A stretch of DNA of 64,000 bases from Eledone cirrhosa. Lineage: Eukaryota. The stretch is from contig OZ024743.1 in assembly GCA_964016885.1 (NCBI GenBank), positions 62,186,001 through 62,250,000 of the forward strand. The letters are read 5' to 3'. Positions within the stretch are counted from its first letter, which is position 1. Every line of letters begins with the position of its first letter. Below, one piece after another: positions 15,804 to 29,858 of this stretch. A program made the translations under genes and the position numbers. The notes beneath the pieces are model-generated. The model worked only from the letters and a program-made list of their open reading frames with translations. It was not told where the DNA came from and did no database searches.

Positions 15804-18800
15804 GTCGAGCCTGTCTATAGAAGATGGAAAGACCACTCATACCTGTTGCTTCAGCCGAGTCTGTAGCTCCCATGCTGTATGTTTCATCGTTCCACCCAGC
15901 TGAATGAAGCTACAATAATTATTCTAAGTACAGGTTGGACGTTGTACTCTCGAGGTTGGGTGATTAGCATAGGCCATCCGTACCTAGATGGAATTTGAAC
16001 TCAGAACACAGCCAGAAAGGTTAGCACAATGCATAAGATCCGACTCTTTAACAATTCTGCCAATCTATTGACCAGGACTGGTGACTTTTTTAACGAACTT
16101 GATTTGAACTCAGAGTGCAGAGATCCACAAGGAATAAATCTTGCATGGTATTCTATTCGGCGCTCTTCAGAAACCTATATATGAATGATTGGAAAGACAG
16201 GATGCTACTTTTTCATATATGAATATATATTTAAAAAGTTTAAAGTCTGTCTTAAGCCAGAAGGCTGAGAGTACAAAACTCCGCCCTGGACAGGATGCTA
16301 GTCCATCGCAGGGTTAAACCTCCAGCTATCGCTGGTACTCATTTTCCGCTGAGTATACTGGAGCAACGTGAAATGAAGTGTTTGACTCAAGAACACGAAC
16401 CCACGACATTATGATCGTAAGTCCAACACCCTTAGCACTAAGCCAAGTGCCTCCACATGAATATATATATATATATCTATGGTTATATATGTATGTATAT
16501 ATTCACACACATACATATATATGCATGTATACATATACATGCATATATATGTATGTGTGTGAATGTAGGTATACACACAGTGAAGTGCACTTAAACCACA
16601 TGATTGCAATGTTAACTTCTTAACATAGCCACGCCTGTTTAGATAGACAGCTAAAAGAGAAGTTTATCGTCCACGCTTTAAAATATTATATAAGAAAGAT
16701 AGCAAAAGAAAAGAGAAAAAGAGCCAGGACATACATTTTCTCTGGTGTTCAGCTATGGTATGTGTTGTATGTAATCTTTGTATACTGTGATCAAAGAAAA
16801 TGTCATTTCCTGGAAATTCTCTCAGCATAATTAAGGCCTTCAAGGAATTTCCTTTTTTTTCTTTTGTTGTTATTCAACTGTGATTTACTTCGATACACCC
16901 CCTAATGCATGCAGGGGTGCATTGTTGATTCCGTATTCCAGTTTCTTGGCCTATTGCCAGATGAGTGAGTTCAGGAGAAAGCTTCTAATTCAACTATCCA
17001 ACTTGAATGAAATTCATATAAACCAGGCCAGTATCCCGCATGGCGAAAATAAAGGGGTTTTGTTGGTTTATCTGTGAACATTCTTGGAGGAGGGCAAGAG
17101 AGAAAAGACAGACATCTTTGTGTAAACTGCCATATAATAAATACTTGCGGTGTCTTCATAACATTTTAAATGAATGAAATTATTAATAATCTCTCAATGT
17201 AATCTCTCATAATTATTTCTTGTTAATTTGGGTTATTTTTTATTTAACGTTGTCCTTCTATTAATATGTTAACAGTAATGAAACTATAAATCAATGATGG
17301 CAGATATTACAGTCGTTATTGAAATACTATGTAATCTAATATAATATAATCAGAAATGAAAAGGGAAATCTTGATAGCATTGATGTCAGGATAACATTTG
17401 GTATTCTTGACTGTTGACTCTACATATTCTGTGGAGGCACGTGACCAAGTGGTTATGGCGTTCGACTCACGATCTATTCCTGGACTGTTGTGTTCTTGAG
17501 CAAGATACTTCATTTCACGTTGTTAGTGGTTAGCGTGTTGGACTCACAATCATAAGGTCGTGGGTTCTGTTCCTGGGCCTGGTGGTACGTTGTGTACTCA
17601 AACAAGACGCTTCATTTGGCGTTTCTTTACATGGTAGGACTGGAGGTCCTACCATTAAAACACCAGAGGAACTTCCTTGGAGGTCAGCTAAACTTGCTTA
17701 GTAGTGAGCAGTAAATTTCAATATTTCTTATATATTTTAGGTAGTTGGGTCCAACTCTTTATTAAGTCAGGCCCGGAAAGACAGTGCTCCTGCCTCTTTT
17801 TAGGGCCTCCGAGAGCCGTGAAAAGGAAGGATGAAGGTATCTTCAAACCGGAGACATTTCCTGCATTCTGCTAAATGCACCCTATAACTAGCTGGTGTTA
17901 AACCGTTCGTCGTATTAAGATTACCATCCTAAAACACAAAACTTGAAAGAGCCTACCGGAACAAATACCGCAACGTATCTCTAGGAATTTAGCCAAACAC
18001 TGCAGAACATTTTGTCCTACGATCTTATGACTGCCAATTCACCTTTTATTTTGGCAGTTATATCTACGTGTTCTTGGCAGTTGGGTTTAATTATACTTGG
18101 CAGTTGGATCTCCATATTCTTGGCAGTTGTGTCACGAAGGATGCTATGGAATTCCTAAAGTTTACTCCATACAAAACTTCTCTGTCTGTTTATTGTTTTT
18201 ATTGTAGCTGTTGTTGCTTATATCCATGTGAACGGCTAACTCGTGAATTAACGTATAAGTAGACAAGTATTCTACAGGCACGTTCACATGAGTCTGTGTG
18301 CGTCTTGTCTTATTACCACATGTGTATGTATGAACAGTAGTAATATCCCAGTCTACCTAAGCAGAGTAGTGGGTTACTTAGTATTTTGGTCAAGTAGAAG
18401 TGTGTGAATAATAGTAACTAAAAAACTAACGCTGAGAACAGAGAGCAAACTCTCAGCAATGAGTAAACATAACTTTTGAATAACGGGAGCGGTTGTTACA
18501 ACATCAAGATTCTGGCGATAGCGGCGTGGATAACGAGAAATATTTTGCTAGAGTGGACGATAAACTCCAGACATACCCCGGTAACATCAATGCCGCTTGG
18601 CGCCGCTGGAGAGAGCAATACTGTCGGAAGGAGTCGAAACCTTTGACATCTCCAATTGACAGCTGATGAAGAGAATGTCTTGCTGTGCAAGCTGTAAGTA
18701 TTATATCAGTCTTGATTAAACTGTGTAGTAGCGGCTGCCTCAGTCTTTTGGCTAGGTAAGATGTTGTGCAACTCTCACTCTCTCTCACACACTCTCTCTC

Positions 18801-19417
18801 GCACACTCTCTCACACACTCTCTCTCTCACACTCTCTCACACTCTCTCTCACTCTCTCTCCCTCTCTTACTCTCTCCATCTATTTATATCTGTCTCTTGT
18901 ATGCAGTAGTAAATACATCCGTCTTGACTATACCATTGTAGTGGGTGTCTGTGTTTCGGCTAAGTTAGACGCGTCTCTCTCTCTCTCTCTCTCTCTGTGT
19001 TTGTGTGGGAACATTAGTAAGTAGTATACCAGTCATGACTATAGCAATGTAGTGGATGTCTCAATATTTTGGCTAAGTTAGAAGTTGTGCAACTGATGAC
19101 CTTTGTACACCCATTGACAGGCGGAAATACTAACAGTAACAGTGATGTGCTGGAGAGAGCTACTGAATGTACTGCACAACTGGTGGTGGGAGTAGTAATA
19201 GTAGTGGAAGGAAGAGTGACAGACAGTGGTAGAAAATGAGATCCAAGATCACGTGGTGGTGGTGGTGGTGGTTGTGGTAGTAGGAGGGAAGAGATTAGGA
19301 ATGTAGGAATGAGTGAGAGTGAGAGACGGACCGAAAGAGCGTGGGGGAGAGAGAGATCCAAAATCACGTAGACCTCAGACGTAGTGTATGTATGTACTTA
19401 CTGAACTATGTGTAATC

Positions 19418-19476
<59 letters not shown>

Positions 19477-19543
19477 TTGTTAAACACAGAAATATATAAA
19501 TTCGTGTGGCTATGATTTTATATTTATATATACTTATATGTCT

Positions 19544-19572
<29 letters not shown>

Positions 19573-19574
<2 letters not shown>

Positions 19575-19777
19575 GAAGTGGTTACACAACAGTTAGTTCA
19601 CCATACCGAGAACAATTGTTTCACCTTAGCGGATCCTCAGCTCGAGTTGAGGATCCGCTAAGGTGAAACAATTGTTCTCGGTATGGTGAACTAACTGTTG
19701 TGTAACCACTTCTACCTAACTCGTTCCATGGACTGAGTGCTCTACCACTACGGATATTACCTTCCAGTGTTCTACCA

Positions 19778-19780
<3 letters not shown>
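19573..19780 (+). mobile_element. Fold-back PLE-like element: 142-bp palindrome plus 66-bp tail, in (TA)n
   Basis: 19573-19714 palindrome with one mismatch; tail resembles 57120-57195. Confidence 0.85.
19607..19644 (-). ncRNA. Minimal hammerhead ribozyme with intact core; mirror copy on + strand (19643-19680) has C3U
   Basis: CGAG|CTGAGGA-TCC-gctaa-GGT-GAAA-CAATTG-TT|CTCG. Confidence 0.75.
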
Positions 19781-19822
<42 letters not shown>

Positions 19823-19826
<4 letters not shown>

Positions 19827-19968
19827 AAGGTGTGGTAAGATACCAGGTGGACCATAATGCACCAGAGTACTCGATACTTAGGGTAGTAGAGTGGGTAATA
19901 GGAAAAGAGTCAGCGGATCTAGCTGAAGAAACGGCCGGAACTCAGCCGTCGGGGTCCTGACTCGTTTC
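19823..19968 (-). mobile_element. Sister copy of the 13661-13864 family
   Basis: Shared gtgtggtaag...accagagtactc...cttagggtagtagagtgggtaataggaaaa; (TA)n flanks. Confidence 0.7.
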
Positions 19969-20053
19969 ATATATATATATACTGTATATATATATATATA
20001 TATAATGGATGTATGCCTGTATCTAAAATGTGTGCGTGTGTGTTGCACACACG

Positions 20054-20178
<125 letters not shown>

Positions 20179-20585
20179 TCATGCATATATATATATGTAC
20201 ATGCATACATATATACATCCATGGGTGTGTGCATAAATATATCCCACTTAAGATTAACAGTTAAGATCAGAAGTAGAAACATGTGATCCACAGGTGGTTT
20301 TACCAAAGTTAGAGCAAATTGCTCAATTCAACGTGGTTTTTCCATAAACATTGCTGCCAGCTGACTGGAGATGTGTGGTAGACAGAGAGGAGGAGGAGAC
20401 GGCGGAGGAGGAGGGGGAGGAGGGGTGATAAGCAATACATCTGAAGTGACTTCTGACTACAAAGTGAAAAGGAAAACAGCGGAGTAATTTAGGAATATAA
20501 GGATCTCTCTCTCTATATATATATATTTCTCTATTTCTTTCTCACTCTTTTTTCTTTTTCATTCTTTCCCTCGCTCTTGTTCTCT

Positions 20586-20648
<63 letters not shown>

Positions 20649-21018
20649 GGGGAGATATACATTACGCATCGTAGTGGTATATATACATCTTTCCATTGCT
20701 TTCAGTTTTCAACACAAACCTATATATATACACATGCACACACTTTTTCTTTCTATCTATCTCTCTTAAGTGTATGGCTGGTATTACACTTAATCTACTA
20801 TATATATAATACGAGTGATTATCCACGTTGCTAAAGTGTTACATAACTGTTTATATTGAAGGAAAAAATAAAACATGATCCGACTAAATTGCCACTGCTA
20901 TGTTTCATTGGCCCCATATAATTTATTCATTTATATTTTAAACATAAAGGCTTAGTTAGAAAATATAAAAATCTTTATAAAAGATTTAACTTGAACACAT
21001 TGGTGCATTTCATATATT

Positions 21019-21081
<63 letters not shown>

Positions 21082-21086
21082 ACATC

Positions 21087-21161
<75 letters not shown>

Positions 21162-21174
21162 ACATCCATACATG

Positions 21175-21239
<65 letters not shown>

Positions 21240-21240
21240 T

Positions 21241-21496
21241 ATTTAGTAGAAATAGAAGCTCTCACCGTATTTTTTACTAAAGAAATTTTAGCCTGGTAGT
21301 AGAGTTTAAAACCCTCTAAAAAATGGAAAAGAGTGAGTATTACGAACATGTCAATACTCATCCTTTTTCCGGTTTTTTAGAGGGTTTTAAACCCTACTAC
21401 CAGGCTAAAATTTCTTTAGTAAAAAATACGGTGAGAGCTTCTATTTCTACTAAATTTCAAACTTCGCTCGCCGTTTCAAAACAAACTTACTTGATA
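21241..21496 (+). mobile_element. Fold-back element (~215-bp imperfect palindrome plus tail); partial copy 57228-57352
   Basis: 21241-21342 inverted at ~21353-21455; no hammerhead core recognised. Confidence 0.7.
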
Positions 21497-21794
21497 TTAT
21501 ATATATATAATAGAAAAAGGTTTTTTATGATTATATACAATATTTAATATTATATACAATCTACCTGCGCATAGAGTGCTTGATTTGGTACCAACACCAA
21601 TATTTCACCGTACTACCCCCCGCCACACACACACACACGCACACATATATATATATATATTATTATTATTATGAGTTCAAATCCCGCCGAGGTTAACTTT
21701 GCCTTTCATCCTTACGGGGTCGATAAAATAAAGTACCAGTAATGGACTGGGTAATTTGCTGGCCTTGTGCCTAAAGTAGAAACAATTATTAGTT

Positions 21795-21922
21795 GGTGAC
21801 ATTGTGATAAACAGGCGAAACTCCAGAGTAACAAGGCTCACGTTTTAGCCTTAATAAAATGAATATTAAAATTCTACTCCGGTATTGAGTACTCTTTTCT
21901 CGTAGCCACCAACCATATACGG
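21795..21922 (+). mobile_element. PLE-like pLTR fragment; inverted sister copy 39271-39425
   Basis: GAAA-CTCCAGAG-TA stem-III remnant and ggtattgagtact motif shared with 39300-39377 (-). Confidence 0.55.
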
Positions 21923-22067
21923 ATATATATATATATAGAAATCACTTGTACAGGACTAGAAATGGACCATTCCTGATGATTTCATACGAATATAAATCTA
22001 ATAAAGATGCCTGTCCTCTACTTACAATTGTGGTTATCTCCCAACACTACTGGGGAACGCCTATATA

Positions 22068-22112
<45 letters not shown>

Positions 22113-22231
22113 GTATATATGTATATATATATGTATGTATATGTATATATGTATATATATATATATGTATGTATATGTATATATGTATATATATATATAT
22201 GTATGTATATGTATATATGTATATATATATG

Positions 22232-22319
<88 letters not shown>

Positions 22320-22468
22320 ATAAAGATAAAGCGAGAGAATGTCTTATATTCAGACGCAGAAAATAACTGTAAATGCAGCCGGTTGCTATATATAGTTTAG
22401 CACATCGGGTAAAGACCCCCGTATAGTTAGAAAAAGTTGCCAGCAGCCGAAAGTTCTAACTTTGTATA

Positions 22469-22500
<32 letters not shown>

Positions 22501-22504
<4 letters not shown>

Positions 22505-22710
22505 ATAATAATAAATTTGAAGACTAAAATCTAAAGAGGGCTCGATTAGGATAAATATATATCAAATATATATGAACCGTAGAGCAAATATTTATTAAAA
22601 TAACAGATTAAAGTTTAAGCAAAGAATCGCTGCTTTCACCCTTAACGGGAAGATCCCGTTAAGGATGAAAACATCGATTCTTTGCTTAAACTTTAATCTG
22701 TTATTTTAAT
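22501..22710 (-). mobile_element. Fold-back copy of the 1860-2197 unit (117-bp palindrome plus tail)
   Basis: Palindrome 22594-22710 centred at 22652 (cggga-aga-tcccg). Confidence 0.8.
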
Positions 22711-22713
22711 TAA

Positions 22714-22748
<35 letters not shown>

Positions 22749-22767
22749 GTGTGTGTGTGTGTATATT

Positions 22768-22798
<31 letters not shown>

Positions 22799-23482
22799 AT
22801 ATAAAGGTACTTGTTTCTCATTTTATACATCTCAATGAAAAGATATAATATTAATATAAAGATGAAATATCAACCCAGTGAAGCAACTAAACATTAAACT
22901 TAAGCCAAGATCTCGATTTGGCGTATATTAGCTAGATCTTTTAAAATAAGTCATTTTTACGCATCTAGATTTTGGCCTAACTTTAATATATATACATATA
23001 TCTATGGGCGGTATCTCCTTCGTTCGTGAATAGAGTTGAGTTGGTGTCGCTTTGTTTGCGTTAATGTTAGGACATTTGTTATTATGGGATTGAGTAATCG
23101 ACGGTCAATCTTAAACCATTTGTTTGTCATCGAAACAGTTTAAGCTTGACTGTCCAGCACGCTATTCCATAATCATATCTATATTCTACTTTTTATAAGT
23201 ATGAAATTCGAATTTGAATAGCGGTCTTAGGAGCCTTAACTAATAGCATCGCATATATATATATAAAGGGTTAAGACCTCCTTCGGTCACATATGACCAT
23301 GGGATTTGCACTTAAAAACTTCCCCTCCGTGGTACATGTCATGTGTTGTCCAAGGGAAAGGGAATGGCCGATATACCTTGGTATCAATGACGTCGCAACT
23401 TATTTCTAAAGCTGAGTAAACTGGAGCAACATGAAATAAAGTGTCTTGCGCAAGGATATAATACGTCACACTTGTCCTCTCA

Positions 23483-24160
23483 AGCAAGCCTGCGTAGTGC
23501 ACTCTACTTGTGAATGGAGTTCCACAGAAGCATGTGGAGAAGTTCAAGTACATCGGGGGCCATGTTCATGAGTGATGGAAGGCAGGAGGCTGAATTAAGT
23601 GTAAGAATTGCAGGAGCTGGTGCAGTAATGCGCCACCCTCAGCATTCGGTAATCAGAAGAAGGGAGGTTGGTGTAAAAGCCAAAGTCGTTATCTTCAATT
23701 CGGTATTCGTGCCAACCCTTATCTATGGTCATGAATCTTGGGTAATGACTGAAATAATACGGTCGCGAAAACAAACGGTCGAAATGGTGTTCCTCTGAAG
23801 GGTCTTTGTAGTAATGTTACTCGATAGGGTGGGCAGCTCGGAGATCAGAGAGTCACTCCAGGTAGAGCCACTACTTCTCCGAATTGAGAGATCGCAGCTC
23901 GAATACTATGGGCATGTGGTTAGAATGTCTCAGGAATGAATCGTTGGACAGATTTTACGAGCAAAACTAACCGGCAGGAGACCCAGGGGTAGACCCCGAG
24001 CCAGATAGTTGGATAATATCCATGAGCTTGGCTGGTCTCACTTGGGGATCCAGCCGGATCAGTTGGAGACGGTTGCTTCTGACAGGACCTGCTGGAAGGA
24101 GTGTTTGAGGATTCTCTCCCCACGTCCCTCCCAGGAATAAGTAGGCGAAGAAGAAGAGAA
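23483..24160 (+). mobile_element. RTE-clade (Rex3/Expander-like) LINE 3' fragment, decayed
   Basis: Translates VEKFKYIG...RIAGAGAVMR...VFVPTLIYGHESWVMT...VEPLLLRIERSQL; (GAA)n tail. Confidence 0.85.
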
Positions 24161-24167
24161 TTCACAT

Positions 24168-25080
24168 ATTCAAATGCTCTATGTTAAATCCTCTATTCAA
24201 ATGCTCTATGTTAAATCCTCTATTCAAATGCTCTATGTCAAATCCTCTATTCAAATGCTCTATGTTAAATCCTCTATTCAAATGCTCTATGTTAAATCCT
24301 CTATTCAAATGCTCTATGTTAAATCCTCTATTCAAATGCTCTATGTTAAATCCTCTATTCAAATGCTCTATGTTAAATCCTCTATTCAAATGCTCTATGT
24401 TAAATCCTCTATTCAAATCCTCTATGTTAAATCCTCTATTCAAATGCTCTATGTTAAATCCTCTATTCAAATGCTCTATGTTAAATCCTCTATTCAAAAC
24501 CTCTATGTTAAATCCTCTATTCAAATGCTCTATGTTAAATCCTCTATTCAAATGCTCTATGTTAAATCCTCTATTCAAATGCTCTATGTTAAATCCTCTA
24601 TTCAAATGCTCTATGTTAAATCCTCTATTCAAATGCTCTATGTTAAATCCTCTATTCAAATGCTCTATGTTAAATCCTCTATTCAAATCCTCTATGTTAA
24701 ATCCTCTATTCAAATGCTCTATGTTAAATCCTCTATTCAAATGCTCTATGTTAAATCCTCTATTCAAAACCTCTATGTTAAATCCTCTATTCAAATGCTC
24801 TATGTTAAATCCTCTATTCAAATGCTCTATGTTAAATCCTCTATTCAAATCCTCTATGTTAAATCCTCTATTCAAATGCTCTATGTTAAATCCTCTATTC
24901 AAATGCTCTATGTTAAATCCTCTATTCAAATGCTCTATGTTAAATCCTCTATTCAAATCCTCTATGTTAAATCCTCTATTCAAATGCTCTATGTTAAATC
25001 CTCTATTCAAATGCTCTATGTTAAATCCTCTATTCAAATGCTCTATGTTAAATCCTCTATTCAAATCCTCTATGTTAAAT
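24168..25080. repeat. 27-bp minisatellite, ~34 copies (caaatgctctatgttaaatcctctatt)
   Basis: Direct reading; 9-aa periodicity in the ORF track. Confidence 0.97.
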
Positions 25081-25629
25081 ACGAATTCATCAATATATTT
25101 TCGTATTGTAATTGATAAATGATCGTTTCATTTCATATCTGATGGGGTAAATAACAAGGAAATTTCTTTAACTCACTGCTGAACAAATGTCGTGAGGGAC
25201 TTCTTTCGTAAAGCAACTGTTGTTTTTTTTGCGTGGGGGATGGGGTATCGTGGATCTTTACAGTCATTGCGAGTCTCCCTCTCTCTCCCTCTCTCTTCCT
25301 CTCTCTTACTCTCTCTCTCCCTCTCCCCTCTCTCTTCCTCTCTCTCTCTCTCCCTCTCCCTCTCTCTGTATATATATATAAATATATCTTTATTTCATGC
25401 TCTCGATTCCACATTCTCTCTTTCTCTCTCTCTCTCCTTCCCATTTTCTCTCCATCTTCCTCTATCTCCCTCTCTCCTCAACCTCTCCCTTTATGTATAT
25501 ATATACATATATATAAGTGTTTGTGATTAGTCAACATTAATACATCATTGTTATACATGGTGTCTAATGTAATTTGAGAAACAGATAATTGTAGACAGTT
25601 CCCCTGGGGGTCGTTGTAAAGCTATTACA

Positions 25630-25856
25630 GTCTACCACCCTCTGTGCAAGCAAAATTATAACATTACTCCTCTCCCCAATATCAAACTCTACCCGCTGGG
25701 CCAGCAACGTTACAACATTACCCCTACTCAAACTGCCCACTGTCAAACTCTACACGCTGTGCCAGCAACATTACAACTATACACCCACTATAAAACTCCA
25801 CACGCTATACCAGCAACATTGCAACTTTACCCCACTCAGACTACCCACTGTCAAAT
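25630..25856. repeat. Degenerate tandem repeat (ctctacacgctgtgccagcaacattacaac...)
   Basis: About 4 diverged copies. Confidence 0.7.
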
Positions 25857-27364
25857 AATTCTCTCCCTAATGAACCCTATATAATTAGATGGTGTTGATA
25901 AGCTTCTGATGTAGCACTAATACTTTACTACATTCACGGTTAAAGGACTTGGTTGTATCATCTGTTATCATATGTTGTCCTCGTTATTTGTGGAGTGTAT
26001 ATGGCAGCAATGCTGGGGTACCGCCTTTACGTCGATCATTTAGACCCCAGAACTTTTTTCCAGCTCTCTTTGTTGAACAACTAAGTTACCGAGGACACAC
26101 ATGTATATAAAGGGTTTAAAGCGCCTAGCCGGTATCTAGGAGATATAGGGTTAAATTTCTCATAGCGGCCAATGGCAACTTTTTTCCGTCTATAAGGGTC
26201 TTTAAGGGAGAGATGATATAGGGGAAGCCGCTTATTATAATCACGGATACTATTATCAAAATTAACAAGCTTCGAATATTGTGCTGCTCTCTGGATAAAG
26301 CTACCAGCCTGTTATTGTTATCTAAGTGATCACTATAAACAACAGTAAGGCATATAAACTATATTGTCTATTTAAAGTTAACGTGCTACACGTGTCCACA
26401 ATGAGACCAATAAGGGCCTCCATTGAATAACAATCAGAAAGAGGGTGTAGGGAGCTTGACAAGCATGTTAAAGCCAAGTTGGGTCTGTGGAGGAAGATCT
26501 GACATAAATAGGCCTGATCTGGGAGTAGGATCGTGACAGAGCTTGCGACTGTGCAAGCCAATCCTGTCAATACCTTGTTGAGGTCTGTGGAGAAAGACTT
26601 GGCCTAGGAGCAAGGCCTTGTGATTATTCTGAATGGAGATCTCTCGTCGCCCAATGCTCCACATGAGGCAAAAGGAACTAAAGAATAAAAAGGAAATTAA
26701 AGTTCCTATGATGAACTTCCCCTACCCCACACACACCTTAGATATCCATCCAAATTACCTTGAACCTTATCAACTCTCTCTCTCTCTCTCTCTCTCTCTT
26801 AGATGTACAAAAAATCACCAACTGAATTACCTTGGATTTTATCCACTATTTCCTCATAATGAAGTGTTTCTCAACAATTGTATCCCCACCACTTGCTCAC
26901 AAAATTCCTGCCCCATCATTATCTGGCAAATTTAGTATATAACAGTATATACCATAATATATAGAGCCCAGTCTGAGAAACACTGAATTCGACATAAAAA
27001 TGAGATGACCAACTATATTACCTGGGACTCTATATCTTCTCATTGAAGTTGTTATATAGCAACGAAAAGCTTGACTTAAATGAAATATGTCACACTGAGT
27101 GGTGATGTTGGTGGTGGGGATCCTGTTTAAACGAAACTAGTAACTTACACTTTGTAACGTTTTATTAATGACGAAGTGTGGCTGTATTTGACAGCAGCGA
27201 CTCACCTGTCTTCTTTACTAAATAGATATTTGACTAAAAATTGTCCCAAAGAACACAGGTGACGTTGGGGGTGCGGGAGGTGAGCCAAGTAGAGTCTAGA
27301 TAAATAATCTAGCAAAGGGTATTTATTTGAAAGATCAAAAGAAATACAGTGAGAAAAAGAGGGA

Positions 27365-27415
<51 letters not shown>

Positions 27416-27500
27416 GGGGGGGGGTATATATGTATGTGTGTGTATATATGTGTGTGTGTGTATATGTGTGTGTGTATATATGTGTGTGTGTATATATATA

Positions 27501-27531
<31 letters not shown>

Positions 27532-29345
27532 GTGTGTATATATATATATATATGTGTGTGTATATATATATATGTGTGTGTATATATATATATGTACTTA
27601 TATATATATACATATATATGTACATATATATACATATATGTGTGTGTGTGTGTATATAGTGTGTGTGTTTGTGTCTATATATATGTGTGTATGTATGTGT
27701 GTGTGTTTTTTCTGACAGTGATAAATGGTGTATGTGTAAGAAAAGGGAAAGAGAGCGCACATAAAGTGGGAGTGTGTGTGATTTGGTGCAAGTATGTTTG
27801 TATGAGACGTCAGTGTGTGTGTGTGAGTGTGTGTGTGTCTGACAGATAAAGAGCGTATGTGTGAGGAGATAGTTTGTGTGTGTGTGTGTGTGCATTTGCC
27901 TATATGTGTATTAAGAGAGAGAAGAGGTGACACAGACAGCGAAAGGCCGTTTATAAAAGAGAGGATGTATGTGTGTAATAGGCAATACGTTTTGTTTTAA
28001 TGAAATCTTTCAAAGAGATCACCGTCCTTTAGTTTATTTCCATCACAAAAATGTATGAGAGGGACTGGAGAGTCAAGTTACTTATGTTTCACTGAAAAAC
28101 ATCACATATTTATCCTTTTGTCACTGTATTGGCCCACCTAGCGAGACTTGTGGGAGGCGGGGGGTGACAGTTCATCACTGTATTGGCCCACCTAGAGATG
28201 CTGGTGGGAGGTGGAAGTGACAGTTTGTAGTGCAAAAGGTTGCCTCCAAGTCTTGAAATAACAAAACCCTCCACGAGTGACATTAGCCCGCTTTTGGTTT
28301 CTCCTCTTGATCTGTGTGTACTGTGACTACAATGTCAAAACTTTTCAATCAGTAAAACATACATCCTAACAGATCTCCCCGAACCACCACCTCCACCACC
28401 ACCATTGCTACTATTACCAACAACGCCAACATCACCAATATCATCAGCACCCTCACCACCGCCACCAACATCACTATTTACCAATCAACTCAGACAACAA
28501 TCCCCACCGTTAATACCATCATCAGCATCACCAATACTAGCATCACTGCCACCATTTACCAATCAACGCAGACAATAACCTGAGTCCCCTTCACCACCCT
28601 CATAACCTCATAACCTTTTTTCTTTTGTACTTTATTTCTTCATCTGGTTTTACTATTTACTGAACACATACAAATACATACACACACATACACATACATA
28701 CATACATACACATACACATACACCCACACACATACATATACATACACATGCACACATACACCCACACACATACAAACATACATCTGTGAATGTATTTACT
28801 AAACACACTGACAAACATATACGTACATATACACACCTATACATAGATTTATGCATACACACACAGACGCATACATACACACACGTACAATATATATTTA
28901 CCCACGCTAAACACCTCCCTTTTCTTCTTTGATTCACCTAACCTTTCACTTCACTTTACATACACACACATACGCGCGTGCGCACACAGCCGCTACAAAC
29001 TCGACTTGCTAGAAATAGTAACCAAAACTTTCTCAAATCACACCCTAATAGGATGAGGTGAAGGAAGACTGTCACGTGTGGAAACAACAATAATAACCGC
29101 TAACACTAACTAAATTACTACAGCTGTCACTCACAATCGAGCATGACTTGGTAGTATGCACCATTCCTTAGCTATTGTATTGACCAACCGAAAGTACCAC
29201 GCTATGGGACTGAACCTGAAACCATGCCGCTGCAAAGCAAACGCTCTACCCAGTCATGGACATTTAGGAATTGCGGTTTACAAATGTGAACTTTTTGTTG
29301 TTTATATTAAAATCGTGAGATAATTAATAATTTATTAGTTGTTGC

Positions 29346-29480
<135 letters not shown>

Positions 29481-29588
29481 GCTGAACGTGTCTAGAAGAA
29501 ACCAGTTTAGTCAACGAGGTTGATAATGTGTATCATGTCACCTGTGGGAAAATGTCTCTCAGTCGACCTTTCATTTTAATTCTAAATA

Positions 29589-29858
29589 CACTTGGGTCTC
29601 GAATAATCGCCCCACCCAACCCACTTATTAAATTTTGCTAATCTTTCTTTGGCGAAATTATATTTTAAGTCTTAGCATTCCTGCGACAATTTTCTTTATA
29701 GATGACTTTAAAAAAAGTACATTACTAGAAATCGCATTCGTTATCGATTAATTCTGGTTTTTGAAAATTCAACGGAGACAACCTAGAAAAAGTCTGATTT
29801 CCACCCCAACCCCCACCGCTTATTCCACCATCCACCCCTATTATCTGGGACCCGAGAG
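29589..29858. mobile_element. Tc1/mariner-type MITE; truncated sister ~12427-12706
   Basis: TA|cacttgggtctcgaataat...attatctgggacccgagag|TA; internal tcaacggagacaacctagaaaaa shared. Confidence 0.65.

Noticed and set aside
18663-18695. CTGATGA as a hammerhead core (also 7376, 19093, 21973, 44030)
   Set aside because: No correctly placed GAAA and/or no stem I pairing.
20285-20460. E-box/GATA cluster as an enhancer
   Set aside because: Short motifs are expected by chance and cannot be supported from sequence alone.
24162-25122. 300-aa repeat ORFs or a CRISPR-like array
   Set aside because: Contiguous 27-bp units with no unique spacers; the open frames follow from a unit length divisible by 3.
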